Source: Bacteroidales bacterium
Lineage (GTDB): Bacteria; Bacteroidota; Bacteroidia; Bacteroidales; Bacteroidaceae
Direction of reading: 5' to 3'
NCBI GenBank assembly: GCA_030535995.1
Contig: JAUNQV010000002.1
Location: forward strand, 1-51,925
Length of the DNA: 51,925 nucleotides
Position numbers and translations under genes: made by a program. The notes under the pieces were generated by a model. That model had not been told where the DNA came from and searched no databases. It saw only the letters and a program-made list of their open reading frames with translations. Below, in pieces: positions 46,892-51,925 of the stretch (position 1 is the first letter of the stretch; each line of letters begins with the position of its first letter).

Positions 46892-47959
46892 TCAATACAA
46901 AGCCTCGTATTCTTTGGCAACCCGTTTCCAGGTGTAGTATCTCCATGCAACCTGGCTCATTTTGTTGCCATTGTCGGGAATGTTCTCGATATACCGGAGC
47001 AGTTCCTTGCTGTTCTGGTAGTATTTTGCTTTGTGATGTGTTGTCTCGCGGTTGTAAACGATGTTGAATGCAAGTACCGGTCGACCGAAGAACATGGCCT
47101 CAACAAGCGATGGGTTTGTTCCGCCGGCACTGTGCCCATGAATGTAGCATTTTGTATTCTTGCGCAGTGCGTAGAGTATATCCAAATCATATATGCTGTC
47201 GAGCAGCATTATATTGTCGTAGCCGCTGTATTGCTCTTTGAGCTTCTTGCTGTAGCCGTTATGTTGCCAGTTGCCTATGAATATGAGTTTCTCATTGCTT
47301 TTTGAGAATGCCTCCAGCGTCAGGTGGCAGTTGTTCTCGGGCTCAATGCGGCAAAGGCTCATGTGGTATTCATTCTTTTTTAGAGAATACTTTTCAAGTA
47401 TTTCCGTTTCCCTCTCTTTTGATACATCAACAAGTGCATGGTTACCGCCGTATGTTACCAACTGTGCCTCCTTGTTATATACATGACTCACATAGTCCTG
47501 AATACCGCGGTTGTCGGCAATGGTCATGTCGGCATATCGTACGGCGATGCTCTCCGATAGTTTGAGGAAACGTCTCACCCATCCTTTCCATTTAGTTCTG
47601 CGATGTTCAAGACCATCGATGTTTACAATAATCTTGCTGCGGCTGAAGAGTTTGAGGAATGGGAGAAATATACAGCCCGAAACGCCTAATACCATTATTG
47701 TGTCGTAACCACGCATTGAACGCATCATGGAAACAATGTCGTATGGAATGCTCTGCACTCCATTGGCCCTGAAGTTTACATACTTCAACTTTGCGCCTTT
47801 GTATTCAGGGAGTCTTTCCGGCATGTCCTTGCCACTGCAGAATATGGTGTATTCAATATCATCGGAGCAGTTATCTCCAATAATATTTTCTACAAGTGTC
47901 TCAAATCCCCCATATTTTGCAGGTACACCCTGCGTCCCCAATATCGCGACTCTCTTCAT
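46892..47959 (-). CDS. Glycosyltransferase with a DUF1972-type N-terminus (GT4-like, rhamnosyltransferase-like)
   Basis: The protein is 355 aa. MKRVAILGTQGVPAKYGGFETLVENI is the characteristic DUF1972 start. A C-terminal GT-B half follows (..HGHSAGGTNPSLVEAM..G.PVLAF). Confidence 0.8.
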   Translation of the reverse strand: MKRVAILGTQGVPAKYGGFETLVENIIGDNCSDDIEYTIFCSGKDMPERLPEYKGAKLKYVNFRANGVQSIPYDIVSMMRSMRGYDTIMVLGVSGCIFLPFLKLFSRSKIIVNIDGLEHRRTKWKGWVRRFLKLSESIAVRYADMTIADNRGIQDYVSHVYNKEAQLVTYGGNHALVDVSKERETEILEKYSLKKNEYHMSLCRIEPENNCHLTLEAFSKSNEKLIFIGNWQHNGYSKKLKEQYSGYDNIMLLDSIYDLDILYALRKNTKCYIHGHSAGGTNPSLVEAMFFGRPVLAFNIVYNRETTHHKAKYYQNSKELLRYIENIPDNGNKMSQVAWRYYTWKRVAKEYEALY

Positions 47960-47980
47960 TATAAGTAATAGGCTTCACTT

Positions 47981-49063
47981 TTATAACAGCAACTGCCCGA
48001 TGTTGTCGACCATCTGCTGTGAGCTGTATTTTCTGGAGTGTTCCAGCGAGTTATTACACAAAGTTATATATAATTCTTTATTTGATAAAACTTTTTTAAC
48101 AATCTCTTCTATTTTTTCTATTTCCTGAACATCTATCTTGTATCCGTTCACTCCGTCGGTAACCATTTCGGCAATTCCACCGACAGAGGGAACTATAACC
48201 GGCAAACCGGCAGTCATTGCCTCAAGTGCCGTGAGGCCGAATGTCTCAATGAATAAGTCCCTGTTCGATAGGTTGAGCACCAGCGATGCCCTGTTGTAGA
48301 AAGGCGAAACATCCTCTTGTCGCGGGTGAATAGCAAGGTTTGCAGGAATTGCAATACCACGCTCTTTCAGGTATTTGTCTATGTTCTCTTGCGAGTCGTT
48401 TATTACCAACTCGAACCAGAACCCCTCAAGCCTGCCGGCAAGTTCTATGAATTCGCTTGTGCCTTTGTACTCCTTCAGGGAGCCAAGCATAAGCACCCGT
48501 TGCTGTTTAAAGGCTCTCTCGCTGTCCGGTTCCAGTTTTTGTGCAAAACCGCTCTGCAGGGCGTTTGGTACAACATATATCCTCTTCTTGCGGCGTAGGA
48601 ACCTGCGTTGGTAGTGCGACACGCAAATTATGTCACTTGCAATGAACTGCATAATCTTTGCCAGTATGCGGTATGCAAGGCTTTTCGCCTTTGCATTCTC
48701 ATGATAGTGGTACACCACCTTTTTGCCGGCCAGGCGCCCTCCGAGTGCTGCACCTATGGGCAGTATGGTATTTATGTATATTGTGGTATCTTTCCTGAAG
48801 AGATAGCTGAAAGCAATGAAGAATGTCCTTAACTGTACCCAAGCATAGCGCAGAAGCCTTATGAATTTGTTTCTGGCGAAGTTGTAGTTGTATTGTTTAC
48901 GGCATAAGCGGTCGCTCTTCTGTATCTCATCGAGCACTCCGCCGTGCGAGGTTATCAGGTCTACATTGTAACCTTTTGCAATCAATCCTTCAATTACAGC
49001 TTTCAGCACCTTGGGGCTGCCGCTGTAGTCGTTGAAAAGGTGAAAGCAGGCAATTTCCTTCAT
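47981..49063 (-). CDS. Glycosyltransferase family 4 (GT-B fold)
   Basis: The protein is 360 aa. The motif ETFGLTALEAMTAGLPVIVPSVGGIAEMV (EX7E-type) is present. Confidence 0.8.
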   Translation of the reverse strand: MKEIACFHLFNDYSGSPKVLKAVIEGLIAKGYNVDLITSHGGVLDEIQKSDRLCRKQYNYNFARNKFIRLLRYAWVQLRTFFIAFSYLFRKDTTIYINTILPIGAALGGRLAGKKVVYHYHENAKAKSLAYRILAKIMQFIASDIICVSHYQRRFLRRKKRIYVVPNALQSGFAQKLEPDSERAFKQQRVLMLGSLKEYKGTSEFIELAGRLEGFWFELVINDSQENIDKYLKERGIAIPANLAIHPRQEDVSPFYNRASLVLNLSNRDLFIETFGLTALEAMTAGLPVIVPSVGGIAEMVTDGVNGYKIDVQEIEKIEEIVKKVLSNKELYITLCNNSLEHSRKYSSQQMVDNIGQLLL

Positions 49064-49174
49064 TTGTATTGTGTCTGTTTATTTTTAGTTCTTTCCTTTT
49101 TGCCCCTCAGTCCTAAGGGACAGCTCCCCTATAGAGGAGTAATTGAGGTGTAGTATATCGGAGGGGTGCTTTTC

Positions 49175-50275
49175 TTAATTATTTACCATCAGAGATTCTA
49201 ATATCTTGCCCCACAGCGCAAAGGGCGCAGCAGCCTTTCCGCTTACCTTGCCATTCTCGCGCAGAGTGAAACGTGAAATCATATCAAGAAGGTAAATTTT
49301 GTATAGTTTCTTGTCAATCCATTTGCCGTTGTCACTTTCAATGAACGCTGTTATGTCGTTTGCGTTCCAGTGTCTTTCAAAAATCGCAGTCTGGGTAAAG
49401 AAATGGTAGCGGTCGAGCCCGGGAGGGTAACTCTTGGCTGCATATTCAAAATCAAATACAAAAAGCCTCTTTTTATTGGCAAACATGTTCCATGGAGTAA
49501 AGTCGCCATGGTAGGCCGAGAGCTCAACCTCTTTGCCACAGAAGCAGTCGCGTATTTTGCCTATTGTGGTCGATATGATTTTCGCTTCAATATTGTCGGG
49601 CAACCATTCAATATGTTCTTCTAACGCAAGCAAGGTATTGTAATAGTCACTCTCCTCAAAAAGCATTTTTTGCTTGGTTCTGTCGTGTAGCTGTGCAAGA
49701 AATTCTTCGTGCAAGCTGTCCCATTTATGGATTATTGTCGATGAGGTTGTCTTTGCGGTACTTTGTACAAAAAGATGTACGCCGTTACCCAATGTTCCGC
49801 AATAGAGTGCCTGTGGAATATCGGTTACGCCTCTCTCTTTCATCCATGCAAGTATTTCATGTTCTTTGTCGAACAACTCTTTGATATCGTTGCTTTCACT
49901 TGCTTTGCAGTAGCCGAGTATATGCTTTCCCGTTGATAGCTGTATTGTTATCTTTTGGTGTATGCATGGTGTTCCCTCGAATATGCTGAATTCAATATCT
50001 CTTGTGCCGAAAACCTTGCATAGCAACTCTCTTAAATCTCCATTCAACCGGCAGTGGAGTTTCTCGGCGTGTATAACCTTGCGCACAGGGGCCAAGAAGT
50101 GCAGGCAGGGCAGCAGCGATTTAACCAATTTCCCCTTGCTCCCGCTTGGCTGGTACAGGTTCATGGCCGTGCGCATGCTACGCGCCGGCATAATCCAGTA
50201 TTTGCCGTCGCTGTTCCCGAAACGGTAGAATTTCTCTCCACCCGTGAAGTCGAGTATTTTATCAAGGGTTGTCAT
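49175..50275 (-). CDS. Aminoglycoside/choline-kinase-like phosphotransferase (APH fold)
   Basis: The protein is 366 aa. The Brenner-type catalytic motif HGDFTPWN and the metal-binding segment VFDFEYA are present. It is embedded between glycosyltransferase genes on the same strand. Confidence 0.7.
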   Translation of the reverse strand: MTTLDKILDFTGGEKFYRFGNSDGKYWIMPARSMRTAMNLYQPSGSKGKLVKSLLPCLHFLAPVRKVIHAEKLHCRLNGDLRELLCKVFGTRDIEFSIFEGTPCIHQKITIQLSTGKHILGYCKASESNDIKELFDKEHEILAWMKERGVTDIPQALYCGTLGNGVHLFVQSTAKTTSSTIIHKWDSLHEEFLAQLHDRTKQKMLFEESDYYNTLLALEEHIEWLPDNIEAKIISTTIGKIRDCFCGKEVELSAYHGDFTPWNMFANKKRLFVFDFEYAAKSYPPGLDRYHFFTQTAIFERHWNANDITAFIESDNGKWIDKKLYKIYLLDMISRFTLRENGKVSGKAAAPFALWGKILESLMVNN

Positions 50276-50360
50276 TAGAATGTTGGTTTAGACATAAGAA
50301 CATAAGTACATGAGATTTTTTTCTTTTGTTCTTCTGTACTTCTGTCTTTAATAATTAATT

Positions 50361-51599
50361 TCATTTGCCGTTTCTTAACTTCAATTTTATCAACTCCTTG
50401 AATTCTTCACCTCGGGCAACCCAAGTGAATTGCGCTCCGGCATTTCTGGCGTTATCACCTATTGTCTTACGCTCTTCCTTGCTTTTCATCCGTTCCATTG
50501 CAGCGGCAATATCCTCAACGACCTGTTTGCGTGAGGTGCGCGGAATAACAATTGCATAATCGTTGGAGAAATAGCGAGTGTATCCTGTGGTGTCGAGGCA
50601 AATCAACGGCTTTCCCATAGCCATTGAGTCGAACGACACGGTAACAGCACCCTCTTTCAACGAAGCGTTTACCACAACATCGGCATTGGCAAGCAGGCGA
50701 TAGTACTCATCCATCGCAACCTTTCCTGTGAATGTCACTTGCTTTTGCAACCCAAGCCTTTCGACCAGGCCTGTAAGCCTCTCCTTGTCGCTTCCTTTGC
50801 CCACAATGGTGAGGTGCATGCGCTTGTCGATAGCCGCAGCGTGTGCAAAACTTTCGATTACAAGGTCAAAACCACGCCATGCATCGAGGCGACCCACGGT
50901 GATGAACTCTATTGTATCCTGTTCTTTCTTTGCAGTCACAGAAGTATATGGTGTGCTGTCAACTGCAACATCGGTAAATAGTACGCATTTGTCTCGGTAT
51001 TTTGCAGGTACAAGGTTGCGGGTGATTTCTGTCTTGCAGAGTATAAGGTCGGCACGCTTGCAACGCTTCTTGAACCCGAAGTTCAATGGCAGCATCTTTA
51101 TTGCCATGCGGCGTACCCACTCTATAAGGCGACCCTTTTGGCTATAATGCCTGCTGTACTCGCCGGGGATAGTTTCAAGCCCGCCTACCGGCCCCCACAC
51201 GAAGAACTGCTTTTGCCCGTAGGAACTCACTTTCCACAGTACGTTGCCGTATGTGAGGTGGTGGAATATCTTTATTCCGTTCTCGCGCATTGTATGTTTT
51301 ACTATCCTGTTGGTGCAGTATTGCCATATATTGTAGTATGTGCGTACACCGCGCATCCCCTTCTTCCAGAACCTTGCCCATTTGGGGAGGTCGAAGTAGA
51401 GAAAGTGAATTCCTGAAAATTCGGGGTGTTCGGCTATCCACGGTTCGATGGTGCAGCGGTTGCTCTCACGTGTGAGCACCCATAGCTCGAAGTGCTTCGA
51501 CATCTCAAGCACCCAGTGCCAGCCTACGCCAATCTCGCTGCCGAGCCCCGGTTCGCAGGCGTAGGCCGAGACGAAAATTTTTGTTCTATCTGCTGGCAT
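50361..51599 (-). CDS. Glycosyltransferase family 4/1 (GT-B fold)
   Basis: The protein is 412 aa. The N-terminus reads IFVSAYACEPGLGSEIGVGWHW. The C-terminal half reads GKGSD...ASLKEGAVTVSFDSMAMGKPLICLDTTG. Confidence 0.8.
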   Translation of the reverse strand: MPADRTKIFVSAYACEPGLGSEIGVGWHWVLEMSKHFELWVLTRESNRCTIEPWIAEHPEFSGIHFLYFDLPKWARFWKKGMRGVRTYYNIWQYCTNRIVKHTMRENGIKIFHHLTYGNVLWKVSSYGQKQFFVWGPVGGLETIPGEYSRHYSQKGRLIEWVRRMAIKMLPLNFGFKKRCKRADLILCKTEITRNLVPAKYRDKCVLFTDVAVDSTPYTSVTAKKEQDTIEFITVGRLDAWRGFDLVIESFAHAAAIDKRMHLTIVGKGSDKERLTGLVERLGLQKQVTFTGKVAMDEYYRLLANADVVVNASLKEGAVTVSFDSMAMGKPLICLDTTGYTRYFSNDYAIVIPRTSRKQVVEDIAAAMERMKSKEERKTIGDNARNAGAQFTWVARGEEFKELIKLKLRNGK

Positions 51600-51611
51600 A
51601 GACCTGTGATT

Positions 51612-51925
51612 CTATTTGTTAGAATTCAAATGTTTTTTTAACACATCTAAATATCCTTTTCCATACTTTTTACATGGTTCAACATAATTCCCTTCTCCCC
51701 ATTCGTTCCATGATTTAAGAAAAACAATATTATCATCACCAGCTTTATTGGAAATGATTTCTAATGTTTCTATTAAATGCCTCTCGAAGTTCTGAGGGGT
51801 GGAATTATAGAATATTTCTCCTCTTTTGCCACTTCGTGGAGAATGATCCCAATTGGGCAAAAGTGTCGGATAAAAACCTTTCTGACACTCCAATCCTTCT
51901 TTTTTGATAAACGAGCGGTATATAC
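51612..51925 (-). CDS. WbsX / GH99-like domain protein. Only the 3' part is present, and the 5' end runs off the right edge.
   Basis: ..YPTLLPNWDHSPRSGKRG..........FLKSWNEWGEGNYVEP matches the WbsX-like C-terminus. The frame stays open upstream of the track's TTG start through base 51925 (..IYRSFIKKEGLECQ..). Confidence 0.7.
   Translation of the reverse strand, partial: IYRSFIKKEGLECQKGFYPTLLPNWDHSPRSGKRGEIFYNSTPQNFERHLIETLEIISNKAGDDNIVFLKSWNEWGEGNYVEPCKKYGKGYLDVLKKHLNSNK

Noticed and set aside
40724-51925. The region to the right of tRNA-Pro as a possible integrated genomic island or mobile element.
   Set aside because: I could find no integrase, transposase, conjugation gene or direct repeat of the tRNA 3' end. 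Only a qualitative AT-richness of the glycan locus supports foreign origin.

Overview
The window looks like a chromosomal segment from a Bacteroidota (most likely Bacteroidales) genome. Supporting signs are SusC/SusD pairs, lipoproteins with acidic residues right after the lipidated Cys, TAnnTTTG-type -7 promoter boxes, and type IX secretion (T9SS) components and cargo. From left to right it contains the following. (1) A partial T9SS-secreted repeat protein. (2) A 750-bp non-coding region with a tandem ~120-bp element and an A-depleted tract. (3) A housekeeping block of etfB-etfA-acyl-CoA dehydrogenase, a SlyD-like PPIase and aroC. (4) A polytopic membrane protein coupled to a PD40/TolB-like lipoprotein that carries a CXXCH motif. 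(5) A 16-kb locus built as two tandem (fasciclin lipoprotein - SusC - SusD) modules with no enzyme or regulator. (6) A sirtuin lacking the Zn-binding cysteines, and a rubredoxin. (7) A co-directional minus-strand array: PorW/SprE-like lipoprotein - PorX - TsaE - small ORF - YgiQ radical SAM. (8) Two FKBP PPIases, an Lrp/AsnC regulator and a fused C26 amidotransferase-like / M19 dipeptidase. (9) tRNA-Pro(GGG). (10) A membrane-anchored PP2C phosphatase next to a 1570-aa T9SS-secreted CotH-kinase-family protein with discoidin, dockerin-like and cohesin-like modules. (11) The start of a surface-polysaccharide locus with three glycosyltransferases, an APH/choline-kinase-like phosphotransferase and a WbsX/GH99-like protein. 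I saw no rRNA, CRISPR array, transposase, integrase or recognisable defence system. All family assignments come from reading motifs by eye, with no database search. The candidates I consider most worth following up are the enzyme-less double FAS1-SusCD locus, the secreted CotH protein, and the membrane protein/CXXCH-PD40 pair.
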